From: Tubulanus polymorphus
Lineage: Eukaryota > Animalia > Nemertea
NCBI RefSeq assembly: GCF_964204645.1
Contig: NC_134035.1
Span: 682,001 to 746,000, forward strand
DNA length: 64,000 nt
Direction: 5' to 3'
In this document: positions 25,901 through 40,916 of the stretch, one piece after another
Numbering within the stretch: the stretch's first letter is position 1
Layout: every line of letters starts with the position of its first letter
Notes under the pieces: generated by a model
What the model was told of the DNA's origin: nothing
Database searches by the model: none
Seen by the model: the letters and a program-made list of their open reading frames with translations, nothing else
Program-made: the position numbers and the translations under genes

Positions 25901-28900
25901 TCTTTCCTCCGCGGCGGCCGACGATTTCGACGCGTTTCTCGAACGCGGCGGAAATACTAAATCAACGACGGTAGAGGATGGATTCGAAGCTGTCGAGAAA
26001 AATTCAAACTCGGTTCCCACGGCGAATAGATATCAAGCTGATTTAGAAACTATTACGCAATCGGAAGTCAATGTCACAGACGCCAAGTCGAAATTCAACG
26101 CTCTTATTTCATCATCAACTATCAAGAATGACACGAAAGATTCTTTACCACCGAGGTAAAGAAAGACTGAAATATTATACTAAATATTCAATTTACGGGG
26201 TAGTCGTAATTGATTTGAGTTAGGCGAACTCCTAAATTTGAGTTAGGAACAATTCCTTATTGATTTGAGTTGGGAGTTGTCCCTATTGGTTTGAGTAAGG
26301 ACCAGTCCTCATTGATCTTAGTTAGGAGCAGTCCTTATCGATGGTGTTCTTATTTATTTGCGTTAGGAGCAGTTCCTTATTTATTTGCGTTAGCAGTTCC
26401 TACTGATTTGAGTTAGGAGCAGCCCTATTTAATTAGGGTTAGGAGCAGTCCTAATTGATTCGAATTAGGAGCGGCCCAAAATGATTCGATGTTACTCTGA
26501 TGTATGCTAAAATCACTTTTTTCTAGGCCACCTAAGAATTCTGCGCCGAAGAACAACAAGAAATCACCGGCGAAGAAAAAACTCACTCCGATTTTGAGTT
26601 TGGCCGCTACGATTATTCAAGCGCATTGGCGAGGCTATCTGACGAGGAAACGGTTGACTCCGACCGGCGACGAGGTCCACGGTGACGAAAACGAAGTCGC
26701 CGCTCTTCTAGAAATTCTACATCTAGCGGCGACTAAAATCCAATCTAACTGGCGCGGATATACGATTCGTAAGAGGTTGAGAATCGCGTTGGAACTCGTG
26801 AGGGCCGACGGCGAAAGCGCCGCGCCTCTCGATGAAGAATTCGCCGAAGTCGATTTGGACATGTTTGATTTTAATGTAGACGATTTCGATAAAGATTGGA
26901 CACCACCTTCGAACCCAGAAATACCGAACAGGTAAAACAGTGTTTTAGATTCCAAGTTACCCTGGGCCCAGTTCAACGTGTGTCAAGTTGGCCACTTATT
27001 GGAAATCAGGGAAAGTCGGGGAATTTTTTCCCTTTAAAGTCTGGGGATTTCGTGAAAAAAGCTAAAATGCAGGGAATAGGAAATTTGTTGAGATCTTGTG
27101 GAAAATCTAACATTTTCTGCCTATGTCTATGTATTTTACTGCTGGGTTGATTGAGTGGATTCTTAACAGAACAAAACAACCTGTATACCAGGCAATAGGC
27201 AGGGAAATAAAAGTGTCCAACTTGATGTATATATATATATTGCTACTGATAGCTAGAGTTTAGTGTTCATTTCTTCAGTGAATTTTAGAATTAACTATAC
27301 ATGATGTATTTGGATTATATTGGCTGATAAAAAAGTAAAGTGAAAAAGGAAAAACAATGCTCTAATGCTAATGAATATTTTAGTGCACTAGTGGTCATCT
27401 GATAATAGTTTCAAGCACTAGTGGTCATCTGATACTAGTTTCTAGCACTAGTGGTCATTTGATAGTAGTTTCTAGCACTAGTGGTAATCTGACACTAGTT
27501 TCTAGCACTAGTGGTCATTTGATAGTAGTTTCTAGCACTAGTGGTAATCTGATAATAGTTTCTAGCACTAGTGGTCATCTGACACTAGTTTCTAGCACTA
27601 GTTGTCATCTGATAGTAGTTTCTGGCACCATTGGTAATCTGATACTAGTTTCTAGCACTAGTGGTCATCTGATAATAGTTTCTAGCAAGAGTGGTCATCT
27701 GATAATAGTTTCTAGCACTAGTGGTCATTTGATAGTAGTTTCTAGCACTAGTGTTTCTTGCACTAGTGGTAATCTGATACTAGTTTCTAGCACTAGTGGT
27801 CATCTGATAATAGTTTCTAGTACTAGTGGTCATCTGATAATAGTTTCTAGCACTAATGGTCATCTGATAGTAGTTTCTACTGTGATTATAGAAATCATTA
27901 TTTCACCCTTCTATGCAGAAGATAACAATAAATACATATTGAATTGACTAAAGGCTTGGTTGTGGTTGGTCACTCCACTGTCAGTTGACCTGGTTAAATG
28001 TTATTCATGAGTACTTGTGATGTCACTGGTCACCTGACCTAGGGTTAGGGTTAGCTGCTGGCACTGAGTGGCTGTGATGTCACTGGTCACCTGACCTAGG
28101 GTTAGGGTTAGCTGCTGGCACTGAGTGGCTGTGATGTCACTGGTCACCTGACCTAGGGTTAGGGTTAGCTGCTGGCACTCAGTGGCTGTGATGTCACCGG
28201 TCACCTGACCTAGGGTTAGGGTTAGCTGCTGGCACTCAGTGGCTGTGATGTCACCGGTCACCTGACCTAGGGTTAGGGTTAGCTGCTGGCACTCAGTGGC
28301 TGTGATGTCACCGGTCACCTGACCTAGGGTTAGGGTTAGCTGCTGGCACTGAGTGCCTGTGATGTCACTGGTCACCTGACCTAGAGTTAGGGTTAGGTGC
28401 TGGCACTCAGTGGCTCTCGTGTCACCGGTCACCTGACCTAGGGTTAAGGTTAGCTGTTAGTACTGAGTGCCTGTGATGTCAAGTGGTTGAATTTGAGTGA
28501 AGTTAGAATGAGTTCATTTTGAATCCTAGATTGAAATCCTAGCCCAGAATTGTTGAACTTCATTCTGTTATTTATATCTGTGTTTATGGTATTCATGTCT
28601 ATTTTATGTCTATGTATAATTGATGAGGAATGTTTTGATTCTTGTTGTAGTTATGCAGTCTTGCGACCGTCTCCTCTACAGTTTCCCGCCGACCGATTGA
28701 CCCCTCATCCTCCGAGTGAACCTCGACCTGCGTGGAAGAATGAGTCGACGACCGGTTCGGTCGTATCTGGTCGACCTCCGAGAGCTCCTTCGTCAGTCGA
28801 CACTCATCGGACTCAGTTATCTAAACGAGAAGAACAGATCACTGAAGAATGGTGAATATCAAATTGAGCAGAATCTTGAATTGTTTACTGACTGAGTGAA

Positions 28901-31519
28901 CAAACTGCTTTTTAATACCATTTTCAATTATACTTTACAATGTAAAAAGTTAATTCATGAGACAATCGAACTGTGCTTCGATTTCAAAATAGCGAATAAC
29001 TGTTGAGTTTAGGTTGTGATCATTTGATATGCATGGCCTCCTTGAATGGACATTCATTATCACAATTTCTGTGGTTGAAAATGAAAATAATAACAGGCTG
29101 TAATTAACCAGTAGACCGATAGAACTAGTTCAATGATTGTTGTATATGTGTTAGGCATAATGAGAAATTATTGATGAATTGCGGAGGATGAGTTTTGAAC
29201 TGTGTGTTATATTATTCAGGGGATTCAGAGATCCGAACACAGCTGCGTTGATGCTGCAGAGGGCGAAAAAACTGAAATACAATTCAGAGCGAAAGAAGAA
29301 ACTGAATAAACTCGGTTAGTTATTGATTATTATCTGTAACACACATTCGCTGCCAGCTACAAATAGATGTATACTTGTACTACCTGTGCTTCCTCTCATC
29401 ACAGCCACTACAAATATACTTGTACTTCCGGTTCTGACACCAGTGCCATGACTGGCATTGTGAACAAATGCGGCTTCACTTGCAATGCTCATCGGTCAAT
29501 TTCGAGCAAAGGCTGACTATGTAACAGCTCCATTTCCAACCTAGTTAGTGTATTGGTGCAGCACCGGGAGCAGCACTGTATTATCACAGTGGCAGTGAAC
29601 GTGTTAAAGAGTCCTGAAATAGTTTAGGAAATTTAAATGAATAAATCTCTTTGTTGATACAGATCCGAAAGAGCGGCTGCAGTTGTTCAGGAAACTAGAC
29701 GCCATTAATAAACCAGCACCTGTTACTAGTCGTAAACAACCGCCTCAACGTAAAGAATACTTTCAAGGTAAAATACTATCATGAACGTTCCTTCGATGTC
29801 TCCAATTAATAGTTTTAAAATGTTTGCTTATAAGCTGTAGTGTCTACCTCTAACTATTCGCGGCATGGCTATCAAAAAACTTGACTCTTATTCAGTGCAT
29901 TTGCTTCATGTTGAATATATAATGTTTATTAAATTCATATCATCTGTTGTATATATTTAGGATGGTTTGATAGTAAGTCGTTAAATCTATTTCTACGAGT
30001 GATATATTATTGTTTCACATTTATTACACTATATTCTGTACACTGTGCATATTGTACACTGCACTAATTTTCAGTTAGCCTTATGTGCGATTTCAGTTGC
30101 ATTTTGATCACAATTTTTGTCACGCCGAGCAGATGCACACCTCTCTAGTCATACATGACTCAATTCTCCAATGAATTCTGTTTGAATAGTTTGTGGTGTT
30201 TATACACTGAGTAGTAGATAAGGTTATCATAGAAGTAAATAGCCATGAATTGTCTATTAACAGAGATTGTAGTCAGTCTCCAAAGTGTTTAAGATTGCTT
30301 AGTTTTGAAAAAAAGGCCCTTAAAAAGTGCTTGTTCAATCACCTAAATTTCAAAGAGTGTTTACTGAGTGCATACTTTTGACTTTTGGTATCCTGAACTA
30401 TTTTTTGTACAAGTATGTGTTACGCCAATATTAGATATATAGGGTTTTAAATGATAAGTAAACTTTGACTTTTGCTTTAGAAAAGTGCTTAGTTTTACTA
30501 TCAAAAACTCCTGAAAAGTGATTGATATCTGGTATGTTATTGTTTTAAGCTAAAGAAGAGGAAGAACAACGTAAGGCGGACGAACGTAAACAAGAAGCCG
30601 CCAATCGGACGATACGAATGTACGAATGGTTGCATACAGCGGTGCCATCTTTTAACAACAACGAGTCAGCGATGTACGGTCATCACCACGGCGGCAGTGA
30701 AAATAACCTGCCGAAACTTGATCCCGAAATCATGGCTGGCAGACGCGCTCAATTAGTGGTGAGTTTATCAGTATAGACCCTACTCTTAGTATATCAGGAC
30801 GGATCTAAGGAAAAGGCATATTGAAAAGGCATATATAATTGGAAGCACATTAGCAAATAGAGTGAAATTCAAAAATATTTAAGGGTCTTGTACAAGGCCC
30901 ACAAGCCCCCCTTTGATCCGTCTCTGGATATAAGTTGCATATACATTTTGTACATGTAGATAAAAATGTTTAATTCTTGATACTCTCAACCTGCTATATT
31001 ATAGTATAGTAGGATTAGGGCATTCTAAATGGTCCCCCTAGATTGTAATGTCTCTTTCTTTCTTTTCTGATTCTCCTTTATCCTGCGTACTTAATAATGG
31101 AATTGTCAAATCGATTATGTTATCCAACATTAGGATTTGGTTGTATAGAATACTGTTTATTTCTAGGCTAGTCCTGTAATGGATTTAGAGTCAGTCAGCG
31201 ATCGTCTGTCAGATGTTAGTCACCAGCAGCAGCAACAGCAGCAGCTGCGTCGACATTCACTAGCTAGTGAAACTATAAATACAGGTAAGAGATCATCGAG
31301 GCGACAACTGTGGCAAGTGAAGATCACTATTGCCTCAATTTCTTCAGAGAAATGATTCATTGTTTTGATATTCTAGTTTCCAGTTTGCCTTTTCCGCCGA
31401 TAAAAACGAATTCAGCGCCGTCGAATCGAAAGAAGGAACGAATCTCGTGGCGCGGACCGAAACAGGATATCGGAGTCGGTTGGGGCGGAGGAAGAAAACG
31501 TGTCACCAAACAACTGTAG
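16799..31519 (+). CDS. LRRIQ1: Leucine-rich repeat and IQ-domain protein (LRRIQ1-like)
   Basis: Approximate exons: 16799-16981 (poly-Asp), 17070-17181, 17288-17373, 17810-17954, 18049-18161, 18360-18476, 18580-18654, 18853-18995 (IQ: AAVSIQKHFRRY), 19197-19310, 19431-19952 (E/K/R-rich helix), 20053-20205, 20531-20825, 21304-21454, 21888-22081, 22159-22286, 22446-22519, 24737-24833 (LRRs LxxLxLSHNxL), 25401-25589, 25772-26155, 26527-26931 (IQAHWRGY, IQSNWRGY), 28651-28851, 29220-29314, 29663-29767, 30550-30758, 31168-31283, 31377-31519. Gene symbol is based on domain architecture only. Confidence 0.8.
19013..19135 (-). mobile_element. Short solo LTR containing a tRNA-like sequence (TRIM-type)
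   Basis: Minus strand: TGTGGCAGG..TATATAA..TAGCTCAGCGGTAGAGCG (A box)..GTTCGAACC (B box)..CCTGTTACA. TG...CA ends with an imperfect IR; flanks TTAG/GTAG. Confidence 0.6.
20231..20368. mobile_element. Tigger-like MITE with TA TSD
   Basis: TA-CAGTAGACTCC...GGAGTCTACTG-TA. Confidence 0.7.
22560..22894. repeat. 22-bp minisatellite (GTCTGATCGCTACTACCAGGTA), ~15 copies
   Basis: Direct tandem array. The unit carries the quasi-palindrome CTACCAGGTAG across junctions. Confidence 0.95.
23175..24161 (-). CDS. Intronless class A GPCR (FMRFamide/peptide-receptor-like), nested antisense in an LRRIQ1-like intron
   Basis: 328 aa with 7 hydrophobic segments. Motifs GSMGNILS (TM1), YLVALAFSD (TM2), MSIDRFIAVRFP (TM3), LILPF (TM5), HLP (TM6), NSAINFYLYC and FR (TM7/helix 8). 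Lies inside intron 22520-24736. Confidence 0.9.
   Translation of the reverse strand: MNVTDQTRIADFKLNILSVVKYIVLPIIFIIGSMGNILSLRILLVPRFRFRNTSVGVYLVALAFSDINVICFYLPVLFLRIHYDQQVLSTPFCRLYEVLGGGSSSTSSLLLALMSIDRFIAVRFPLKAKAICTPRKAYIFTLCIVILGILRVIPQGILSGARVDAYGVYDCVSRLNPKVPRIVSRIFMAFSNLIFELILPFFLVIISNLAMLISFRRQMSSRQNISKSNVSSSSSSLSSLNRIVVTISIFLILTHLPPVTYNLYVWFKDFKSSAGSVYFFFEVVMYQISRASLMVNSAINFYLYCLSSSHFRKCTRSIFKNAKCNAHE
25052..25212. mobile_element. Harbinger-like MITE (CTG TSD) nested in an older element starting near 24964
   Basis: CTG-GGCCTGGTTTCATAGA...TCTATGAAACCCGGCC-CTG, interrupting a GAAAACTC..GGGAATTT repeat. Confidence 0.65.
26210..26475. repeat. Degenerate ~26-27-bp tandem repeat (TGATTTGAGTTAGGAGCAGTCCCTAT)
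   Basis: Recurrent GAGTTAGGAGCAG motif. Confidence 0.7.
27384..27880. repeat. 30-bp minisatellite (TAGCACTAGTGGTCATCTGATAGTAGTTTC)
   Basis: Tandem array; explains ORF 27459-27947. Confidence 0.95.
28015..28480. repeat. 57-bp minisatellite with a telomere-like TAGGGTTAGGGTTAG core, ~8 copies
   Basis: Unit TGTGATGTCACTGGTCACCTGACCTAGGGTTAGGGTTAGCTGCTGGCACTGAGTGGC. Confidence 0.95.
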
Positions 31520-32174
31520 ATTATAATTATCAATACGGCGGAACCTCGTTAAAACATCCTCGACCTTCAGAACAATTTATCGGTTATTACAAATCAAAAA
31601 TTTCGTCCCAAATACATGTAGTACAAACTTGTTGATTTCATATTGATCTATATCGCTTATGATGAACATATTTTCTTGTCATTTGAAGTTTTTGTAACAA
31701 GATCCACTTTTCAATTAATTGATTATTTATTTGCTTGTCGGAAATGATTTATATACATCTGCTGAGAATGTTTAAAGAATTTTCAAATGTCCGTCCACCT
31801 TAAAATATATTGCTGCTTAAAAGAATCAATTCCGGTTCAGATTTTGGCGTTTACTTAATATCCACCGTCCAAGAGATAAAGTGTTATTTTGTGATGATTA
31901 TCTTGCACATTGTTTGTTTATATATATATATATTTATTTGTATAGTTTTATTTTCTGTGAAATATATAGAATTCTTCTGAGAACTAAAGTCGTTAGTCTT
32001 TTATTCAGCGTGATTTATGGACATAGTGTAATACAGTAAACCACGCCGTACTCGCTCATGGCCAACTTGTTGTTGTACTAAGTAGGAGTGCTGTGAAGCT
32101 GCCACTTCTCAGGACTGGGTGAATTCCTGATACTTTATTGCGGGCTGAAGTAGTCAACTTTTCAGCCCCCTTAA

Positions 32175-32462
32175 CCCTTTCAGTGCTGACTAATTAATAC
32201 CCTATAGTGCTGGAGATAATTTGAAAATTTTGAAAAATTCCACCCTAGTGTGTTGAATAATGGGAATACCACTATAATGCGTCTACACCGCGGTGCAGTG
32301 TATCGTTAGTTACTAGTATTTCACTATGTTTGACAGGTGCTGCCATCTTTCAAGAGAGATAATTAGTAATTACTGATTACAACAATACACCGCAGTGCGG
32401 TGTACTAGCAACATCCATCACCGATTCATACACTGCACTGCGGTGTAGACGCACTGAAAGGG
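32175..32462. mobile_element. piggyBac-like MITE
   Basis: TTAA-CCCTTTCAGTGC...GCACTGAAAGGG-TTAA, plus internal inverted repeats (GTCTACACCGC / GCGGTGTAGAC). Confidence 0.85.
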
Positions 32463-33072
32463 TTAAGACTTAAGTAACTTATGACATGCTTTACGACTGT
32501 AGGTTAAGGTCATCGGTTTCAATATATGTTCACCAGGGGGCATTGAATAGTTGTCCACAAAGTGGTACATGTAGTTGTTCCTCATGACATGCTTTATGAT
32601 TATGATGAGTCTCATTCTAGGTTATTGGCTTCCGTTCATCGATGTTTGTGGAATATCATGGTATTTCTGTGTATATTGTAATAATGGACGTTTTGTTTCC
32701 ACAATCAATTGAAAAATTCTAGCCCATCAAGGAGGTCGAGTATCGAAATAGTCAGAATAAATTGTCCAGCGTTTCAGCGAGTGGGTATGGTGTCTAGACC
32801 CCCAGTTATTAAAGATCCAGATTGAACAAGATTCACTATTAGTTTCGCCGGCACTGATTTCAGGAAGAACAACATGAAAAACATTTGACTGCGTGGAAAA
32901 ACGTTTTATTCCATACTTTCGATATCATATGACAGTAAAAATGCTGGAGAACATTATGGAGTCATCCGCTTACAACATTATCACTACACAAATAAAAACG
33001 AACCGGTATCTGTAGCGCAAGATTCCATCTTAGATAAATATTTGAGAATGCGATAAATTTGAAACGAACGAA

Positions 33073-33501
33073 TCAGTATCTATATTTGGTCGAATAATCT
33101 TTCGGCGAAACGACGAGACCTCGACCTTTCCTGGCGCCGCGATAAACGGTTTCGATAATATCGATGAATTCCTGCGCGTCTGTCATCGGCCAGTTGATCT
33201 TATTATTATTACCCGTTCCTAAATCAATCATTATATGTTTATTACGATAGAAGAACATCACCGTACACGGGTCGTACAGTTCGTACATCTTATTGAAATC
33301 GGGCACCTCCGTGATATCGACCAGGTAAATGACGGCGAAATTTTTCATCTTGTTCGCGCATTTATAGAGAGTTTCGTCCATCACCATACAGGTCGGATCC
33401 CAGTCGTGACCGAATCGGATTATAACCGTTCGTTCCTCCTCGGAGAGTATCGCCTGGTCGACCTGCCAGCCGTTGTGTAAATGAGGTAACATGTAAGACA
33501 T
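33073..33501 (-). CDS. TXNL4A: U5 snRNP thioredoxin-like protein Dim1
   Basis: MSYMLPHLHNGWQVDQAILSEE...RFGHDWDPTCM...GRGLVVSPKDYSTKYRY, canonical 142 aa. Probable 5' UTR intron ~33546-33886. Confidence 0.98.
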   Translation of the reverse strand: MSYMLPHLHNGWQVDQAILSEEERTVIIRFGHDWDPTCMVMDETLYKCANKMKNFAVIYLVDITEVPDFNKMYELYDPCTVMFFYRNKHIMIDLGTGNNNKINWPMTDAQEFIDIIETVYRGARKGRGLVVSPKDYSTKYRY

Positions 33502-35694
33502 GACGGCGTCTCGTGGTTCTATTCAGCAGAAAACTAAACAACGCCTGAAAGGAAATAGATTTTCGTTTACAGATTGAATAAATGAATGAAGTGCATATTT
33601 TGCTGGATGCAGTCGCAGTATAGTATTATTTCAGTTAACATTATTGTGCTGCCCTCTATTACTCATAAGATAAACTAATAAATAAAACACGTAATAAGTA
33701 TGTGGGAAATGGTATGTCACAGGGTTCTGTTAAGGTTGGGGCAGTGACTGTGAGAGTAGAGACGAGTAGAGTAGCATAGTCATAGTGGGATTTCATGGAA
33801 TGGTCCTCTCGTCGGTTCAACCGATGAAGGCAGCTATTTAGTCGAAATTACAGGCATTTATACCTCGTAAAACGTGCAAATTTTTACCTTAGATGAGAAT
33901 CAAACTCGATTGTTAGTTATCTATCGTATCGACTGCTCTCTCGATGTCTTTTAGGGCCCTAAAATTTATTTTAGTTGAATAACAAAACAAAAATTCGTAG
34001 CGACCTTGAGATTCGCGCTGGTAGGTAGGTTGATGAGTTGTTTAATTTAATCTATTTCAGTCATATCAATTTTCTGGGTATCAAATTAGAAAAAGGAGGG
34101 TTTAGAATACTGTCAGGAAGGTGTCAAAATTTAATTCGAGATGTAAAAACTTTCCGGTTAAGAAAATAATTTATTTTACATCAGAAGACTCTGGCATGCG
34201 AGCAGTAGTTAGTTCACGGTTTCGCCGCTACTGTTCTATATAGCGGCAGCACTAGACGGCCAAGTCGGTACCCTTGGCCGGGCTGCGGGCAATAAAGACA
34301 AACGCGTAATTATCGCAAAAGCTTTGTTAATGATTAATCCATCTTTTGTTCGACGAGTTTAAGCCACTTTTAGATAGAATCTATTTACAAAAAAATATTC
34401 TATCTGATATAATTTTGGTAAAGAAACGGAAAATCAAGCCCTATATTGAATTCTGGGCAACGGACTCACCGGGCCCTCGCTGTCCGGGGGCTGAAACAGC
34501 CAGCATTAGATTTTTTGCATTCTGAACATTTTTGATCCAAGATTAATTATAATTCATGGAAAAGTTATTCATAATGTTTTCTAGTCAATGCTGCTTATTG
34601 GATTCGGGTGTCTTTATTTGGCAATAAACGGCTACTAATAATAGTTCACCAAAAATCTATGGAATTCGGCATTGGCCATCTGTCGTTCTACCAGCGCGTC
34701 CTAAATGGAAAAGGCACACATTCTTTCGCAGAATTGCTTTTTTGTGGGTTGAAATGACGTTGGTGGTGGTTATGACTAACACAAACGCGACGGCGCACTA
34801 GTGTGCAGTGTATAATATACGGGCGACGCGAGACACTCTCCAGCCAGTCAAAGCATTAGTAGAATCCATCGATCGTAGACACAACCACTCACAGAAATAG
34901 GTAAGCATTGGAATAGTAAGGGACAATCTAGAATTACGGTGAACATACGTAATACCTATTACAGTGTAATAGGCCTTGAGTTTTTTATTTTTTTCGAAAA
35001 ATGTCGAAATCGGTTCGGATTATTTGTGTAATACATTTACATATAACGTACCGGGTATCATGGAAAAAGGGCTCAATCGATCTGTCATTAGTTTACAATG
35101 CACGTCGCACCGGTGACTATATATGCGCCGATATAGAATTAGCTAGAATAGAATACTGTAGGCCGTTGACTGGGAGTAAAAAACATATTGCCTTTAACGC
35201 GGTCGACCAGGCAAATAATGAATTGTCGGCTCTTTCATCAAGTGGAAGGGTTGACCGCATTGCGGGTTGATGCAACGCGTGCCAGGCGCTCTAAATGCTC
35301 GATAGTGTTTTGACTGCGAGACGACATGAAGACAGTTTTCACTGTTTGCGCGTATTGGTGTCTTACGTTTCTTCCGCAAATGTCAGCTTATGATCGTCTT
35401 CTCAATTAACGTTTAAGTCTTTTTTTTAACGCTTTTACATCAAATAAAAAAGCGATAATAAGCAAACAACTCGTAAAGATGGAATGTAATACACATACAT
35501 ATATATAATATATCAGTTTTGGTAAACACGACCCAATTTGAACGTCTATATAAGGTTTATATATGGAGAGGACGTGGAATGTGAATACATCCTGTCTGTC
35601 TAACACATTTCTATATAAGCGCCGTCATACACGATAAAAAATAATGAAAAACTACGCACCCGCTAATTCTTTCACCGCGCAATGGTTCTATTTA

Positions 35695-35704
35695 CCTTAT
35701 ATGG
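35695..35704. promoter_or_regulatory. CArG box (SRF site) in the putative first intron of the calponin-like gene
   Basis: CCTTATATGG fits CC(A/T)6GG. A putative noncoding first exon ends at ~34900 (AG|GTAAGC), downstream of a TATA-like element at ~34811. Confidence 0.4.
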
Positions 35705-38700
35705 TGAATCACAAAAGGTTTACTCTTCATGAATGAGTTTTTTTTTTGATTCATAGAAGTCAGAAAAGCAATTTTGTACACAGTGTATAGACACTGCAAG
35801 CACTTGTCTCGGACCTGACGGGAACAATACATTTTCTCCCCGAGTCAGCTTATGAATTCCAGGGTAGGGATTAGGGTGGGGAGTCTGGGGGAGGGGGTAG
35901 CGGTAGGGTCGGAACGATAATGTGTCGTTATCGCCATGAATATCGAAAATTATCGGTCACGTGGCCCGTTTTCAAGTTCAATTTGTTCATTAGTAAACAT
36001 CTGAGTAACATGAAAACATACACGAATCAGTTAGAAGGATAATATTAAAAACAATAACAATGCGACATAAATGAAAAGTAATTTACGTATGGGGTCAAAT
36101 TTGTGACATATTGCACCGGGACATTTTGCCTCGAAAAGTGGCGGATCCAGGGCCTAAGAAGGGCCCACCTAGGAAATTTAGGGCCTTTTTCCAAGTCCGC
36201 AGATTTCCTTATGTACATCACGATAGTTGCTCAAGCTTTATTCTAACATTTCTCATATGAGAGAATATACGAGAATATCCAGTCCAGAATTTTCAAGGGA
36301 CCTCATGCAACATTTCTGGACCCCCAAGGACACCCCTTGGATCTGTCATTGCTCAAAAGCCACCTCTCCGCAGGCTCTAGGCCACCACAATGTCGAGAGC
36401 ATGAACAAATACTTCATACAAAATGATAATTAAAGTATTTTATTAGCTCGTCACATCTCCCTTCTGTCGACTAAACAAATCGGTGTCAGATATCATCATC
36501 ATCGGCTGAATTTGATATTTCAAGTCAATAAATCTCCCAGCAACGTTAAATCTGATCCAAGTAGCTTCAATATACAACTGTCCTCGCATACAGCCATTCG
36601 CTATCGAGGATGTAGTGAGGCTTTGAAGCAGCGACATGTACTCACTTTTGTATTACAAATTTCTCAGAAGTCGCCGCCGGTAAGTGAGTCAATGTTAGAT
36701 CACCACACTTTACCTAACTTTACTTTACCACTTTACAGAACAATTAGGTTTCCACACATGAATTCTTGTTTCATTAAGGCTCACAGTGATTAATTCTATT
36801 CTAAAAGCTGAGACCGCAACAAATCAAAATAGAATTTTGCGATATTGATATTGTTTATTGAGTCAAATTTTTACATAACTTGTATGACATAACAAACTTA
36901 ACTTGTAAGTACGCTAAACACTGATATTGTGGTTACATAATAATTTGCATATTTCGTATGATAATTTGAATTTCATTCTATTACCAATATTTCATGGACT
37001 CTCAAGGAGCAACTTCCGACGTGCAAATAAATGATTTAGGTAGAAAAGTCGCAACACTTTTTGTTAAAGCACCCGAATTCAGTGAAAGTAAATTAATGAA
37101 CTTTTGTATTGACGGACCCTCGATATAATGATCTCCGGCATATCGTATGGATGATACCAGGTGGCCAAAGCTTGTGGTGGACCAGGCGATCATTGGCAGC
37201 ATGATGCGTCTGCGATTGAATTCCGGAGACAAACGTGGGCAATAAAATATATTTAGCGTCTTCGATACGAAGAATAATTCGCCGAATAAATTCGGTGCAG
37301 GTGTCGCATTGCAGGACGAATTCTGGCAATGCCCGCGGGAATCGAGTCGCCGACTAGAACTGTGCACATCTTGTCGTCACTTGTTACACTATGCAAAATT
37401 CAGCGAAAATCGCCTGGTGATTCGTCCCCGGCTTTACAATACAGTCGCTAATTGCATTTGTAATTTGATCGAATTTAATTCTGTCCTAATAAGGCTTTAC
37501 GCATAAAAATTTGGCCCTAGTCTGGCGCTATAAGGTTATATACAGTTCATATACTTACCGTGACCTATACATAAAATACCGATTAGAAAGCCTTTGGAAT
37601 TTGCTCGACCTTGACCGCGGTCAATGAACATATAAATTGTTAATTAATGTTCGGCTGATTTTGATGACATTCATTGATTTATGTCGCTATATCGTCTGCG
37701 CAGGGAATAAATAAATGTTGCAAATTCGATAATTGTCAACTCAATAAACTCAATTTTATTTCTATTCATTTCTTAACAAAACATTATGCATAAATGCGCG
37801 ATTAAATGTCGTAATAATGTATAAACTATTAATGTTAGTAATTCAAGGAAATTATCTAACGTTGTATGTAGGCAATCTAGTGGATTGTTGTAAAATTTAT
37901 TCATACGAGGTGCTTACTAATGAAATTCGTGTCAAAACTTATGATTCACTTCAATATCGCCTTCATTTTGCACTTCGGTCGTTCAATATGCTCGACACTC
38001 ATTGAGAATGGTTTCAGTATTTATATAACCGAATTTAGTTTGAATACCAGCGAACTGGCACGTTTTATCAATAACGCGTGATAAGGTGCGTAAGTTTGAT
38101 TAAACAGATATCATCCTCTTAAAAAATCCGGCTCGTCAATCGCCGTATCATACCGATACTTATATGAATGACGAAAAAATCTTGCAAAAAATTCTAATAT
38201 ATACAATTCAGACGACGAGTGCAAACTGCAGTGTCACGAACCACGGGAAATGGCATGGCTTGTTGTGGAGTATTCTACGTACCGATGCTGTTGATCGATG
38301 TATATATTTGAATTATTATTAATTCATAATAATTCTTGTCGTGAAAATCTGGGTCAAAATATAATCACTATACGTGTAATAACTGAAAATATGCATCTAA
38401 ATACTTCATTACAAAATGTGAAATATCACCGAACAATTCCACCAATTCAGAGGTGTCGATTTCGTATTTATTTTGATCTTTCAATTTCGTTTACGAAAAA
38501 AACCTCGGCTGTCATCTCTTTTTACGCGTCAAACTTTGCTAAAAACCGAATCTGGTTCCTGAGTGCGTGACTTTATATTTCAAATTTATAAACACGAGAA
38601 TTGTGTATACACGGATAACTATTGTACCGTATCGAAAGTTCTTTTCTTAGGAAATAAATTCCGGTTTGATTTCTGTTTTACATCGAGAATGTTCCGTCTA

Positions 38701-38714
38701 TTTGCAGCTTTAAG

Positions 38715-40916
<2,202 letters not shown>

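Noticed and set aside
27459-28432. ORFs of 162 aa (+) and 143 aa (-) with repetitive peptides
   Set aside because: Intronic minisatellites with unit lengths divisible by 3.
34700-34708. CArG-like CCTAAATGG near the putative calponin promoter
   Set aside because: Only five A/T bases between CC and GG, so not canonical.
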